Below the pieces are notes generated by a model. It saw only the letters and a list, made by a program, of their open reading frames with translations. It ran no database searches and was not told the origin of the DNA. Source: Blasia pusilla (Eukaryota). From it: a stretch of DNA of 64,000 nucleotides. A program made the position numbers and the translations under genes. The stretch lies in the NCBI GenBank assembly GCA_050084515.1, contig CM114271.1:14942001-15006000 (forward strand), read 5' to 3'. Shown in pieces: positions 29,973 to 44,979 of this stretch; the first letter of the stretch is position 1, and each line of letters starts with the position of its first letter.

Positions 29973-32269
29973 GCTGGCTCGCAACTGTTTTGAGGTCTAA
30001 GCCATGTCTGCTTCCAAACCCCAAGCCACAACCCATAAGTAGCTCATTGTCGCAAGTGTCGGACGGAAACAGCAGTGTAACGTATTGGTTTCACACTGCA
30101 CATCGCGACGGCATCACTGCGAAACGAAACCGTGGTGAGTTCTCCAAAGAAAGAAGGAATTCACGGACATCCTGGAAAAAAAGTGACACTAGACAAGTGG
30201 ATCCGTGTCAAGTGCATCGAGAGAAGGACCGGCCTCAAAAAGTGCCTCGTCTGCTTCCCTGTGAGAGAATAGAATCTACCAAACTTGGGTAATATCCTCA
30301 TATTCCACAAATTGCCAAACCCTAGCTACGAGCGGAACAAAGTGACATTCTAGTGTACGTTTTCCTTTCTGATTCCGAGACAAATTTGATTCACTGGCAA
30401 GTGTGACCGTCAGAAGAAGGACCTCTCCACCGTGAGAAAGGTCCGAAGCGAAGCCTGGAGAATGACTTCCATGGCCTTGAATACGTAACATCAGAACAGA
30501 GAGAAATCTGACTAGCTGATGGACTCACCATCAATAAAACAGCTAATAAAAACTAAACAGAACAATTCAACTTTCCACCATAAGAAGGCTTTCGTTCCTT
30601 CCGCCCTTCACTCGCCTCGTTAAGATTATGGCCACAACACACATAGAAAGAACCAATCTCTACAAAACTCCACAGCCCGAACACCAATCCGCACACGAAA
30701 CCGGAAAACCGAATGGCGAGCAGTTCCTCCCCCCGGCCCTGGCCGAACAGCAAGCCAACGCATCACAAATAAAATTTTCTCACTCACCGGATAGCAGAGA
30801 CCACCGCGTCAAAGAAAGGCCCCACCGCCCTCTCCCTTCCATCAAGAATCGGGGCCGCGCTTTACGGTTAAGCGTGCGCAACGTCTCGACCCGCCCTCAC
30901 TCCCCGCGCAGCAACTGTCGAAGGCTCCATCCGCAGACGCACCGCACTCGCGCGGCCGTGCTCTCCCTCCCTCTCTCTCTCCCACTTCTCGGCCCCCGCA
31001 TCGCGTCCAAAGGAGTCTGTCCGGAAGCCATTACAGCAGAGCACAAGGCATCCGCGACCGACTTCCGTTCCGTTCCACTGTCCAATCTCCGCCCGTACAG
31101 GCAACTTCCACCCCTACGGGATTCCCGGATCACGATTTATGGGAATCTGGACTCGCCGGAGAGAGGGTCGGAGAAAGGAGAGAACCTTCCAGAGCGCCCC
31201 TTCAAACGCGTGTGGAGGAAACGATCATTAGACGAAGAGAAAAAAAATTTAAGGGTTGTAAAGGAAGCCTAAACGGGGGAATTTGAGAGTTTGTTATTAG
31301 GGGGTGTCATAATACCCCTTATCCGAGATTTTAGGGGTCCCCGGATAGAGAGATCCGGGGGACTCGCGGGATCGCAAACGGGTAGCTCTCAAGCTACCCG
31401 TTTTGGCGCTCCTCGGAATAGTCTTTCCTGCCCGTTTTCATTTCTTCCCATGTAGCCCTATGGAATTAGGGCTCGTAGGTGATATTCATCGATTGCACGG
31501 GCCAGGGCAGGTGACATGTTCTATGCTCGCTTATGCAAGGGGTTCGAATGTGCATTCCAATGGGCTTTGATGGGCACGGGTTCACATGCCTTACATGCAC
31601 GGGGCTTGTTAAGGAGTGGCAGGGCGATTTTGAAAGGGGAAGAGCTTTCTTAGCAAGGAGTTTTAAAGCATTGGTGTCCTAGATAAGACCAATATGCATT
31701 GCTCAATCTCAAATGCCTTTCTGGTGTGTGGCTGGAAAAATCTACTGTGGAGAGAGGGATGTAGCAGAGATAGGGAGTGTCAAATATTGTCCCTCCCTCT
31801 CATCTGATTTGGTTTTGAGATAACAAGTTGGGAGCCTTATGAGGGGTGCACATGGCTCGCTTTAGGTGAGACCTTCTTATTGAATGAGGCCTGATTTTTA
31901 AATGTGAGTATGAGTCAAACCCGGATATGGCTTCATTTTCAGGTATGTCGAAGCTCGTAATTTAAACCTCTCAATGAGGGTGTGTTGATTCTTCCAATTC
32001 TGTTGGGGAATTTTTTTTTAGGTCTGTTGAAGCTCAGTATTTCAACCTGTAAATGAGGCACTTGAAGGTTCAAATTCTAGTGGGGCATAACTGAAGGTTA
32101 GGGTGAAGTATTCAATGGTTTTTGATTCCCACACACAAAGTTCTCCAAAACTGACAATCATGCAAAGAGTCTCTGAGAGATAACTGTTGTTGAGAGAACT
32201 TCGACATGTTGTTGACCTCCATATTTTATTGGAGGATTCCACTTCAGAGTGAGACTTCCTCTCTTGAGG

Positions 32270-33590
32270 ATGACGATATGCTCAGCGATCGTGAAAGCAC
32301 TTCCTCATATTTTAGCTTAGACGAGGAAGATGAGTCTTACGTTGATGAAGATATGTTGCAACTATACGAAATGGTGCAGGGAAGTAGATTTTTAGGGGAT
32401 TGAAATTTGGTGCCTAAATCCAAAGACTTTGTGGATAATATCTTCCTTGCGTTACTCCCACATTCATTCAAGCAAGTAACCAGAATGCGGCGCGTGACTT
32501 TCTGAGGATTGTTGAGCCTCATTGAAGACCATCCTATCTTCTACTCGAATTCTTTCCATACCCAAATCTCTGTAAAAGTCCAATTGGTTGTGGCACTTGG
32601 CAAGTTGGGGCATAATGGAAACAGTGCATGCTTAGCGCGCACTCTATTCTTATGGGGCACATCCCATGGTTAAGTTGTGAACTACACTCGTAGAGTTGTC
32701 GTTGCTTTGGTTGATAGACTGTCACAAGAGTTGCAACAGCCCAACTCTCAAGAACGCCAAAGGATCTAGTATGAATTTGGAAAACATGGATTCACAGGAT
32801 GGGTTGGACTGATTAATGGGATGTTATTCCCCCTCAATCAAAGACCACATGACTCTAGTGAGACATACTTTGATAGGAAATCTATTTATTCTTTCAATAG
32901 GGAAGTTGTCTGTGATGAGCGAAGGAGGATCATTTTCCTCTTCATTGGTATGTATGTTATTGATGCATTCATATTCTGCAACATGATATTTCTCTTCTAT
33001 TAATTATTTGTATAATCTGCTCAACCACATCTGAAATTTGTGTTTAATACTGCATGTATATCTAGATCTTGCCATGATTTCCCTTCTTTCAAGCGATCAA
33101 ACCTGTGGGGAAACATGTTCAGCCTCCTAACATTTGCATAAAATCACCTCCTGCTTGGGGACAATGGGTACTCTCCACTCCCACATTTTGTGCCCTCCTA
33201 TCGCCAAGCATCTACAATTTCCAACGTCCAAGATTTCAGCAAATGCACCACCCACACGAGAGTCATGAACGAGCATTGTATATGTGTCTTGAAATCTCAA
33301 TGGCAATCTCTTCGAGAAATACGGATTCCATTGAATAATGTGAGATGTAATTATAGATTGGTGAAATGGATAACATGTTGTGCAATTTTGCCCAACTTTG
33401 TGATTAATCGGAATGACCTTTGGACCAGTGATGATCATGAAATAGAATTGGAAGGAGATGCGGATTTCAACAATTATCCATTGCATGGACTTGCAAGGGT
33501 GAGAGAGCCCGGCATTCAGAAGCGATGAGAAGTTCAACAGGCTTGTCTGGCATTCAACCAGCAATTTGGGGGGTTCCTTGCCTAAGACAT
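32270..33590 (+). pseudogene. Harbinger (HARBI1-like) DDE transposase, disrupted
   Basis: FKQVTRM, VQLVVALGKLG, GWVGLINGMLFPL (GxIDG-type), YFDRKSIYSFN..VCD, RVMNEHCICVLKSQW, CCAILPNF; stops and frameshifts. Confidence 0.85.
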
Positions 33591-35159
33591 CCCTATGTCT
33601 AATTGAACAATTAATCAATCAAATCCATCTAAGAGAAGTGGCCAAGTAGTAGTAGTAGTCAAGATATTTCAGTTCTGAGTTAGTAGTCAGACTGACATTT
33701 CAGGGATGATTCATATGTTTGCCACCCCTCACATCTTCATAAAGAAAGTATGTCATTGTACACATTCTGGTTTAGTCCATTGTACACATTCTTACCATGT
33801 GTGAGATTTAAATTTTCTTATCAGTCTGCTCAGAGTTAGGGTCTTCAGAGCCTCATGATCATAAGGTGCTTAAATTCTTGTGAATCATTATGAGCAACCA
33901 TCAATGAAATGAGGAGGATTGGTTTGTGCATGTTTGGTTAGTTCAACTTGATACTATGAGTTTATAGGTAGGACTTATGGGCTCATGATTCATCTTTCAC
34001 TTCCTGCTGTTGGAGTCCATGATTACACGTTGTGTTCAACAACTATCTTTGCCATCTAATTTTTTGCAATGATGCCCCTCAATAACCATCCTCTCAGTCA
34101 CATTATGGATTGTTGGACAATATGCACTGCAAAGCACATCCATTCCATCGTAGCAAAAGGATGCATACCTGCAACTCATGTTTGAAGCAAATAGAGTTAT
34201 TGTGTGAAGCTGGATACAAACTCCAAGTCAGCGCATGTTTGGTTGTGTTGGTGGAATGAGTGGGAAGGTTATTTAAATTATCCTCTGCATTCCTTAAGGA
34301 AGATTTTCTGTACATGGCCTAACCATGAACTTGACCAGAGCAGCATAGAGATATGTCACTAGGATCTCCACTCTTACAAATTCATTTCTGTATCTAGCAG
34401 CTTTCATGTGAATTAGTTTGAGTGTAATGCATGAACTCAAGGTATCATAGTGCCTCATGATGTATTATGCACTGAGCCTAACAATGCTTTATCGCTACTT
34501 TCACCTTGTGATGGACTCAGTAGCTCACATTGAGTGAGTCTGACACCAGAGGCCCTATGATGTTGTCTTCTCTTCTAGTCTGGTGTTGATCCAAAAAAGA
34601 AAGCAAATGCTGCTATGTTGGGATTTGCCTTTATAAAATGCAGGGTAAGACTACCTTAAGCTAAATAATTCAAACCTAAAGAAAATATTGATCAAGAAGA
34701 AGACCATGACTGTGGAATGAAATTGGTCATTTGTAAATATCATAGATATGGAGGATTTAAGCAAGGATTTCAGATAGAAGGTATGTCGTCTACTATAATA
34801 GTAGATTATAACTTTGTGCATATATTTCATTTAATGTCATTCACCACCCCTTCAATTATTTCATTGCAAGGCTAAGACAAGCAGTTTGTGTTTTACCTGT
34901 TTAACAAATCTCACAAGCGAATATGGACAATTAAGCTGGTAATACTAGAACTGTTCCAACACGTTTAGTTGCCGAGAAACACTTCTCGAACCTGGTGGCC
35001 CTGATTGTAATGTGTATTGGAGATCCCAATTAGGTAGGGTGCATAGTATTCAAAAGATATCCATATATGTTTGTTACTTGGAAGCTCTTCACCAACACAC
35101 TGGATTGTCGACACTTTAGCACACTATGCAAGTGTCGCCCTCTTCATATATATGTCAAG

Positions 35160-35630
35160 CTCTCCATGGTGTGCATTCTCTCTCATTTCAAACCAAACCC
35201 ACTTTCCTAATGAGAGGCTAGGGTTACACAAACAAGGCAAGGAGGACCATAGCTTCGCTGCCTCATGCCAAGAGATTCAATAAAGAGAGAATGAGCTCTC
35301 AAACTCTCTCTCTTGGAGGTATACCCTCTTCCCTCTCCCAAGCCCTCTCCATCGTAACCTATGCTTGTAGGTCACCTTCTTGGCTCTTGACCTGTTCTAG
35401 CGGGTTAAGAGCCACTTCCCGAAGTGGAAAGTTAGCTATACTACAAACTGTAACTTATCGGAAATAGTAATTTCCTCAATATGGCTCCAAATGAGTTGAA
35501 ACGAAGGGGAAACCTGCCTCTAAGGTTACCCGTAGCCTTATCACGTCATCCTTGACCTCCTAAGGCTATCCTCCAACATCTCCAAAGGCGATCTACTAGA
35601 TCTCGCCAAACTATCGTAAAAGACGTGACA
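35160..35630 (-). mobile_element. LTR fragment homologous to 21776-22412, nested in the Harbinger element
   Basis: Reverse-complement match (CAAACCAAACCCAC..CCTAATGAGAGGC, GAGAGAATGAGCTCTCAA, CTACTAGATCTC); ends ACGTGACA at 35630. Left boundary uncertain. Confidence 0.75.
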
Positions 35631-36697
35631 AGATGCACGAAGACAACAAAAGCATCCAAGAGTTAATCAACCAACCTCATGTGACAAAATTGTGGAAGAA
35701 GAGAGCAGCAAAAGAAGGCATATCAAAAAACTTGGTCAAACTTATTCTCTAGGTTAAACTTTTCGACAAGTACACATTCAAGGAGCAGAGCAGTATTCAT
35801 AACACCCAAACATGCCTAGGGAAAAGGAAGGGCAGAAAACAAAAAATGTACAGAAACCCAAACAACGACAAGTACAAACACAAAGATAAATCATACTAAA
35901 AATAGTTTGACACAGAATGATATATCATCATCATCAACACATTCTTCTTTAGCTCCTAGTTTCAACACTAGCAATGAATATAGGTCCTGATTTAACAACC
36001 ATGTTCAGCAGATATCCAAGTTTTTTATGAAACAAAACAATAACCACCTCCACTATTGATTTACTCGAACCTGGGCAAAAAAAAAAAACATCAACTATAA
36101 AAATACCATCAAGTATCTTCTCTTGAGATTGATTGTGCCTTTTTTTATAATGCTATTGACATGGGGGTTCACGGAGACCATGGAACTGTGCAGCCACTAT
36201 TAGTTGGGGGTGACTTGCCATTTCTTACTGTTTGTAGGGGGTTCACATAGTTCACAAAACTTCCCACATAAACCCAAACCCTCCTCTTCAGCTTGACAAT
36301 GCCCTTTTTCATCACCATAAAATACCTCTTCATTTTCATCATAAGCTTCTTCTTGGGTATAGATATAAACTATGTCCTCCGTTATTTGTGCATGACCATT
36401 GGCATTACCATTTTCCGTCACCTGCAAATTCAATCCAACACAGAATTTATGATAAAATCTATGGGAGGTTTCCAAGAAACAGGCCCTCCATGGATCAGAA
36501 TGGTCTCTTCATCATGACTAAAATTCACTTTGTACAAGCAAAGGCTATTAGGCCTCAATGTCAACCTCAACTTCACCCAGCCCAACTTCATCCTGGGAGC
36601 ATAAGTGGTATCTGATCTGCTTTAACCCAATGGTTGTGCCCTTAACTCCTCCACTTCTAATGCTGCAAGATCCCAATCACTACATAGAGTCAATCAT

Positions 36698-37698
36698 TGT
36701 CGCGCCCCTACTCTCCTTGAACGTCAGTCTTTATTGTTGCGGAAACGTACGTTCAGTAGGACACGATCTCATCGCCGATCTGCACCCAAACACGCACTCT
36801 CGTTAGTCGGGTCTGGGCCAACCAGCGTTCTAACCCACCGAGATCTCAACTCGGCGTCTCATCAAGCTCAGCCTTCTTTACTTCCTAGTTTCCAAAACAT
36901 GGCAAGTCCTTCAAGACTTGGAACAGACTTCCTGATTAGTCCAGGAACCTAAAATGGCACTTGCGCGCCTAGCGATCCCAACTATTCAACGGACCTCGTG
37001 TGAGTTCCAAATAGAGACCCAAGTAATTGAATCGCGGGATGAAATCCAAGAGGGATGTCTAAAATCGCCTCCATAGACTTGGTTTAGGTTTTCCAACCCA
37101 ACCCCAAACTCTCGATCCGTTCCATGCCCTTGAGCCGCCCCGTGGCGCCCAAAGTGGGGTTCGAGTTCCAAACACTCTCGGAGACCTTCCCCCTTACTAA
37201 TACTACTGGGGTTCTCCAATAACCCCCTTTGGAAAAGGAGGGTCGGGCCCTTCGTTGTGGCCCTCAACCTGACTCTACTTACAATTGTTTCTAGGTTGTT
37301 TCTCAGCCGTTGCTTATATGTTTGCAGAGATCTTTAGTGCATTTGAACCGTCTTTCCATAAGTCTTCCAACGCACCCTTGCTCAATCCAAACGCATCTTG
37401 GAGCTAAAAGTTATGGCCATAAATACAGTGGCAGAAACTCTCAAACGCTAGTAGCGTTCCAAATCTGGATTCTTCCTTTGGCAACCCACTTCCTAGACTC
37501 AACTCCTTTCAAGTCTTATTCCGCGTTTGGTCCAGGTTTCTCAGTCACGACCATAACATCTGAAACACGAAGCCTCACTTGCGTCTCGTCTCTTGTCTCT
37601 CCTTCGAGATCACTCCAACGCGCAAACCATCTTAGCGTGAACCCGCTAATGTTCCGATGTTCCGCTTTGGCACTCGTTTGGTCATGAGGGTCGCGAAA
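36698..37698 (-). mobile_element. Solo LTR of the chromovirus family at 683-1687
   Basis: TGTCGCG...TCGCGAAA (terminal ACA mutated), flanked by 5-bp target-site duplication ATCAT (36693-36697 and 37699-37703). Colinear with 683-1687. Confidence 0.92.
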
Positions 37699-38339
37699 AT
37701 CATCTTCTCAGTGGTATGAGATCAATCATTTGTCCCAAATCCTGCACAAGGATGAAAATCATGATTAATTTATACTGCAATGATGTCGATCAAAATGAGA
37801 AGAGTATTGCATCTGCTTCTTGTAAATTGCACTTGACAACCACTAACTCTGCTCAAAGGTTCTCACTCATTTTTTAGCAGTTAATCAGGAGATTGGTTAG
37901 CTTGTGCAAGGATGAGTACATAACAACTGAAGAGGGCATTAAAGATCCTCTGCATTTGTTGTGGTCTCATTCTCCTTCATGGTTTTTTGACCCAATGGTA
38001 TGGGCAGAGTTCCAACTTAGAGCATCATGACAGTTGGTAGTTTCCTCTTACTAAGGCAACCAATAAATAACCACTCTCTTAAGAATGAATAGTACCTACT
38101 TCCAATCCAACAACTTCCGAAACTTCACTTGGAAGGTAAGTTCTCGTATTGAAGGCTACCTCAATTATACGATTTCTGGAGATATGGACAAACCTCAAGA
38201 TTTAACCACATGCTGAACCTGTTCATGCGTGTCATTATATGTTGGTGATCCATTTTAGCACCTAAGCACAAGAGCAAAAGAGACTACCGCAAAAAAACTT
38301 TAATTATAAGCTTAGTTCTCTTTATCAGGTACTGAATTA

Positions 38340-39800
38340 TGATAAATCTGAGCATACCTCACCACCTAATCCAAGATTGGGACATGGTTTTGTCTCCGCG
38401 CAATTTAATTGATGAATCCACCGCAACAGAGCATGAATTCACATTCCATTCTTCAACATTGGCACACGAAATGCATACCAACTCAATGCTCAGGAAGAAA
38501 AATGGACTTCTTTTAAAATTGGAAGCATTCACAACTACGGGAGCAAGAGCTCTGTCCAAAAAAATTTGACCTCTTCAAAAGGAAGCCAATACTACCAAAA
38601 TTTCCTCTAGGTCACAACATAAATTTAGTCTACATGGTTGCTCTGGCTTTCTCTTCAGTTGCGTCAAGCAAATCTAAAATACTCTTCAACTCATATGTAG
38701 TTTTTCACATCGAGTCATCTGAAGCACAACTTGTGTTGTCCTTTCTAGCTTGGCGGCTGCTTTTTTTCTCCCTAAATGTCACTCTCTTCCACTTGTCTCT
38801 ACCCTCTAGTGATCGATTACGGTATTCTACTTTGAGACTCATGGTCTCTTGGTAAACTGATACAAGAGTTGGCTTCGATGCTGCATTTTGAGAAACGATC
38901 TTTCATGCACGAATGTTTGATTGTGGCAGAGGAGCACGATTTGCAGGAGATGTGGTAGTTTGTTATGTTTGGGTTTGGAAGGCGTTTGATGAGCGACTTG
39001 CTTGTTGATGATTTTGCATTTTTGGAGTTTGAGGCCGCTCTTCATGGTGCAATTTTGTAGTTGGGCTCGAATTTTTATTAGCTTCATTCAAAAAAAAATC
39101 ATAGTGCTCTGTTGGAACTGGCAGATTCAGCAGCTGAATGTAATTTTGGCTATCCACCACATGAGAATACATTACAGATGGAGATAGAGTAGGGACAGTA
39201 ACCTCATCAATATCTTCTTCATCATCAACAGGTTCAAAAAATCTTGCATCGGAAAATCCAATGTCAGCTTCCATGTCGTGCTCACCTCCTTTCGGGATTG
39301 CTACCTACATCCATTGTTTGTAGGATGGTATCCCAAACCCAACATTCATAGTGGGTGGAGGTTAGATGTTTGGACGCTCACCAAATAAAGCATGCATACG
39401 GAAGAAGAAGGGGCACGCTTTCTCTAGTTTTTCTTCAAAATTCACATATGTTTGGAGATTTGGTGCACTCAATCCTACATCTACGCTCTACATCATCATG
39501 AAGGCACCTTTGTACGCATCTAGATATGTGTCAATTTCCTTTTGCAAAATGGAACCTGATACTAAGGGAAACCCCGCCCCATGCAAGTGTGCTGCCATGA
39601 TACCGAAATGCTACGACCTTCGATTGATGCTTGGCTCTAATTTTGGTCTTCCTACCGCACCCAAAGAGCATATTGGAATTTACATGCTCTTCGAGGTTAG
39701 CAAAAATCTTCTCATAATGCACTCTCTTCATTCAAAATCCTCCTCCCTTCTTCACTACTCTAGAGGGTTAAGTAGGAGTATCAGCCATCAAAATTGCACT
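38340..39800 (-). pseudogene. Harbinger ORF1 (Myb/SANT-like accessory protein) remnant
   Basis: ...FEEKLEKACPFFFRMHALFGERPNI*PP resembles the Harbinger ORF1 motif, followed by acidic and low-complexity segments; convergent with the transposase. Confidence 0.65.
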
Positions 39801-42800
39801 CAACAATCCGAGAGTATTACTTAAGTTATAAATTTTACTTTGGGGCTCGAATTACACGTCCTTTTCTGTTTCTCCATGACCCTCCTCCACGACTTCAATG
39901 AATTTTGCAGTAATGGTGAATGGCGGCGCTTGATGGCTTGGTGCAAATCCCCGATCATAGTGGTGTGCTAGGCGAGACTCAAATTCGCTACTCCGATTTG
40001 TGATTTTGAAACGAGGAGATTCAAACTTCAGAGCGAGACTTCAAAATTTGCAGCGGGATTTGAAACTGAGGCAGGTTTTTGCAAGGCCCCGCACGCCTTT
40101 TTTTTCCCCAGAGCTAGGTCTATAGGATTTTGTAAAACTTCCACCTCCTCCTCTTCCGGGAGTAGCTCGGATGGCTTTTCCGGGTGGCCCCCCAAACCTG
40201 GACGATTCCGGATGGCCAGTAAAATAACACCCCTTATCATATTCGTGTGAAGGATAGGTGGATAGGTTAGATAGTGAGAAAAAAACACAGAGATTGTATG
40301 TAGAGGCCGCTTAAAAAAAAAAAAGGTGATGGGGGAACCCATGGGAAGTATAAGAGAGTGAGACTAGAGGAGATGGAGTGTGTGAATGCCATGACCGGCA
40401 GGGAGAATTTGAAGGGGCACTTCCTCTGGCTAAATTCATCATGAGGAGAGATAATATGAGTTACCCTTAGAGACATGACTACCACTAAGAGGGCATCTAG
40501 CATTGGCATGTGCCAAAGTATAAGCTTGGGCAACGCTGTAAAATAACGTAGGCATGTTATCTACGATACAAATTTGAAGTAGCTAATGACAACCCATTTT
40601 CGGAGAAAAACGATATGTCACTTGCCATGAGTTGGATGAATTCTATTTTTATACCATATACTAAGTAGAAGAGTAGAATGACAGGAAAGTTTTACACGTT
40701 AAATTCTTTTTTATCTTAAAATTTAATGATAATTATTTATAAATTATAATAAATTCCAAAAAAATCTTTGTAAAATCTTCCAAAGTCTCCCTCATGTTTC
40801 TTTTCTCTTTTTTTTAATAAAATTTATTTAAAATTCCAGAAAACTTATTACAAGAAAAAGTTTCAAGTTTAGTTTGGAGGGAAAACTAACTCTTATTTTG
40901 GGAAAAAAAGGAAAAAAAGAAAAGGTTTCAATGAGTCGTGATAAACTCCAAGAAAAAAATTGATTGATGGATTATTGGTATTAAAAAATATGAATATTTA
41001 AAAATATATAAATTAATTTGTTCCTATTGTTAAGTGGAGGAGGTCTTTTCTCTAAGCCTTCTATATTTATTTCTCTAAAATTCTATCGAGAAGCAATGAA
41101 GTTCAACAATTAAATATAATTTAATCATACAAGTGGGGCTCCTCTTGAGATCCCCACTTTCTCTCATATGACTGTGACAAGTACAATTGAATAGAATTGG
41201 AAACAAACCACTCCTTCATTTATTATGATTGTTCTATGTGAAGATATGGTTGATTTGTATCCAACACTACTAGTTGGTGTCCATGCCATGCATAGATTAA
41301 GGAGGAATCCTCTTGGCACCCTTTCTAACTTAGTTAGATGGAATGAATTTATTAGAGGCAACAAATGTAACAACAAGAGGTTGCCTCGACAGATATGTGG
41401 TAAGTAGGGAGAAAAGAAAATAGAAGAATGAAATAAAAGTAGAATCTCTTTGTTTGACATATGTCACTTGAAAAGCAAAAACAATTACTATCTCAACAAG
41501 TAAACGTAGATTGGTTTACATCGAGTTATTTAGGGAGTGTGATTTTTTAATGTGCATAGAATTTGTTTTTTTTTAATATATTTTCCTTTAGAGATTTTTT
41601 ACTTGTCAAAAAATAATAACTATTGCATCTTGTAGAGATTTTTACATCCTTTAATTTTCATATTTTCATATATTAGTAGAAATATGGGATAAAAATTTGA
41701 TAATATTTACAAATTAAAGGCCATAGATATGGATTCTTTCCTGAAAAAATTAAAATCTTCTTCTTCTTCGGTATCAAAGCCTCAAGAGGATTATGAATTA
41801 TTTCTATATTCATATTTTTTGCAATTTAAATATACTTGTGATAATGATGATCAAAGTTTCTCTAATGAGGCATGAATAGATTTGAGTAGTTCATACTCTA
41901 TAATATGTGGCACAAATCCCATCCGACTTGTTAGCCTTATTTCACTCGTAATGTATATGTGTGTATGTCATATTTTACCCACCATCCTAAAAGCTAGCAT
42001 TATTATCGGGGTAAACTTTTCTTTCTTCTATTGTTCTAGTTTTAATCTTCTTAAGTATGAAATCCATCATACATTTCAAGTGTAAATTGCATAAGCATCT
42101 TTCATATTAAACTAAAAAATGAAACATTTGGAAGGCTTTAGTTCCTAATTTGGTGAGCTTGTTGGAAATATCCATCTATAATTGTTTTCATGCTAATTTA
42201 TGTTATAAAAAATTATCCAATCATGAAAATTTTCATATCAAAATTCTCTTGTCAGGAATTGCTTTTTAAGTATGCTTGATCAAAAAAATTCATGTAGAAA
42301 AAAATCCAAATTAGAAATCCATCAATCGAAATCTATTGTTGAGAATAGCCAATTGGATGAAATTTTAAAGAATATTTTCTTTCTTAAAGAGACTTCTTTT
42401 GGATATATATTTCCAAAAATAGGCAACCAAAAATTTTAGATAAAATTTCCGTGGCTAAAACTATTCCATTGAAGTATCTTACCAACCATAGATTTTCGTT
42501 GGAAACATCCCAAAAAATGTCTATTAGAAAAAATAAGTTGGTTGAATTTACTTTTTCTATTTTTACTAATTTTTTTCATTGTGCATCCCTTTTTCCAATT
42601 ACATCATATAGGCACTAAATTAATAATATATTACAACATGGTAGATAACTAAATGTGGAAGTTGGAAAGTAGTGAAGCCAAAATTATAAAACGAACATTT
42701 TTTTCTCACATAGCTTCGTGATTTGCAAGAGCCTTGTTGCTATACAAATGATATAGAAAGTCATAGGATACTTGCATAACATGGGTAGCAAGAACAAATT

Positions 42801-44979
42801 GTTTTTTTTATCAATCTTAGTATTAGCTTTATGTCTAGCAATGGCATTACACTAGTGTATAATTTGAAGACAAAAGAGAGTAAAACAATTTATAACCATT
42901 TAACATGTTGATAATTAACAAAGGTTTGAGAGGGATGAAGGGATATTTTTCTATTTCTTTTAATGAAGGAATGACATTGTAAAGTTCGTCCTTTATTTCA
43001 CGTAGCTTCACACTGAAGGTCTTAAGCTTGAGCTTTGCAAGAGGAAGACTTAGATTAAGTCCCAAAGACTCAACGAATTGTACATTCCATAGATAGTCTA
43101 AAAGCCACCGAGGGCTAATAGATCGAGTCTCCCTAGCAAGCCTTTTCACCAAACCTTAACCAATCTCCTTGAATCTCTTCTCTCCCTGGGAAGCCTCTTC
43201 CCCAAGCCTTGACAAATCTCCCAAATTTGCTCACTTAAACATGAGTGTGTCAATAAATTTTGCAAGGTGCACCCCTTAGCTCAAACCTCAAACACGACCA
43301 AACATGCATTGCAGTTACTTCTTGGTTCAAGGACTTGAGCAGGTAGAGAGGGAGGATGTCCCCCCCTATGGGTATTTTTGGGGTTCTTCGGAGGAATCCC
43401 ACCTTCCCCGTTTTTCTCCTTAGGCCTGTGATCTTGGCTCTCAACCCAAATGTGGTTTGCTATTCGTGGAACGACATTTAACTAGTTATCCATCAAGATA
43501 GTTTGGCAGAGGCTTCTTGCAACTTATACAACTCTCGGCTCTCCAAAATATTCTTGGAAATTGGACCCACATCTTATGTATCTCATGGCTAGTGCCCATT
43601 TGGACTCCTCGTTTGGAGTCTCATAGTTGCCTTGACGCCCTTTTCGTTTTGTGACTAGTCTCGTGGCGTCTCGCCCTTTTGGACTACTCCATGTTATTTT
43701 CTTTTTACCCTTGACTTGGCACTTGGCTTCAAGGTTTCAAACCCGCCTTGTTTTTACTTTTTCCCCACGAGTAGCTATGCCCCTTTCTCACCTAAGGCTA
43801 GTCACAAGATACATATGCGTCTTGCCTAGCGTTTGTCCCATCGCCATTCCTAATCTCGCGACTAGCTAGTTTAGGTTTCGGCTTCAATGGATGACAACGA
43901 CTTTCCTCCTTAGACCCATGATCATGACTTGCTTCTCATGTCCTCGCTAGCGTGGGCATCATAGACTTAGCTATTCATGATGAATGGGGGATTGGAGTAG
44001 GGTAAGATAAAGAATCTCTAAAATAAGGAAATAGACAGGGTTTTTTAAATCACACATAAAAGCATTTATGCATTAGAACTTCCTCCTTTAGAAGGGATTC
44101 AAGGGAGGAAGTTGAATAAGGGACTTGAAGGGATTTGGGGTTTTTTGGAAATAAGGTTTTGTTTTCTCCTAAATAAAGTGGTAGGAGTGGGAGTGGAGCA
44201 TATGATTGATTAGAAAACTAGTTGTCATACATAGAGCAAGGAGTGGACTTAGTGTGACACATTACACAAATAATGGTAGATAGAGTAAGGAGATCTCTAA
44301 ATCCATCAGCACTATTAATCAAGAGGTAAGAAAATTCTATAATTACACAACAATATTGAAAGAATTTGGTAGGGCACCACTAAGTGTGCGATATTCCATT
44401 GTATGTAGAACATTGACAGATTTTTTAGTTCTTAGGGAGAACGACTCTAGGGCCACTCACAATCTCCTTACTTTCTCCACTTGGAGAAGTAATTCCTTAT
44501 AATATGTTACAAACACTGATACCCAAACCGCGTATAGCAAGAATAGTTTGGTCTAGGATGGAGAACCTCTTCCAAATAGAAGTGTATGGCTAGAGGATCC
44601 CGCGCTTGGAAAACGGGTCAACTTCTTTTTGATACAGGTTGGGTTCTAATGGATGGACGTAGTTTTTATAGACCCACTTTATGACAGACATTAGTGACCC
44701 GAGAGTTGCAAGTTTTAGAGTATATGGTAGAATGAATTTTAGGTGAGCCTCTCCAAACTCTATAGCTTCAATCTTATGTATCTTTCTTATTCGTATTGTA
44801 GTTAATTTCGCATGAACAAGAGGGCACAAGCTTCAATTATTTATAATTATTTGGGTATATAGTTATGATTAGGAGATAAGAAAATCGTATTTTATGTTTT
44901 TACTTATATTTCCAATTCAACAATACATTTTTCATTTTACATTCTTATTTTTTCTGCAAAGGTGCAAGAATCTTCAAAT

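Larger units (their letters stand above)
31300..40233. mobile_element. PIF/Harbinger DNA transposon (~8.9 kb including nested LTR pieces), decayed
   Basis: TTA|GGGGGTGTCATAATAC ... GTAAAATAACACCCC|TTA: imperfect TIRs with TTA target duplication, enclosing a transposase and a convergent ORF1. Confidence 0.8.

Noticed and set aside
30628-31272. 214-aa plus-strand ORF
   Set aside because: No recognisable motifs; probably antisense to the GC-rich 5' leader of the minus-strand gene.
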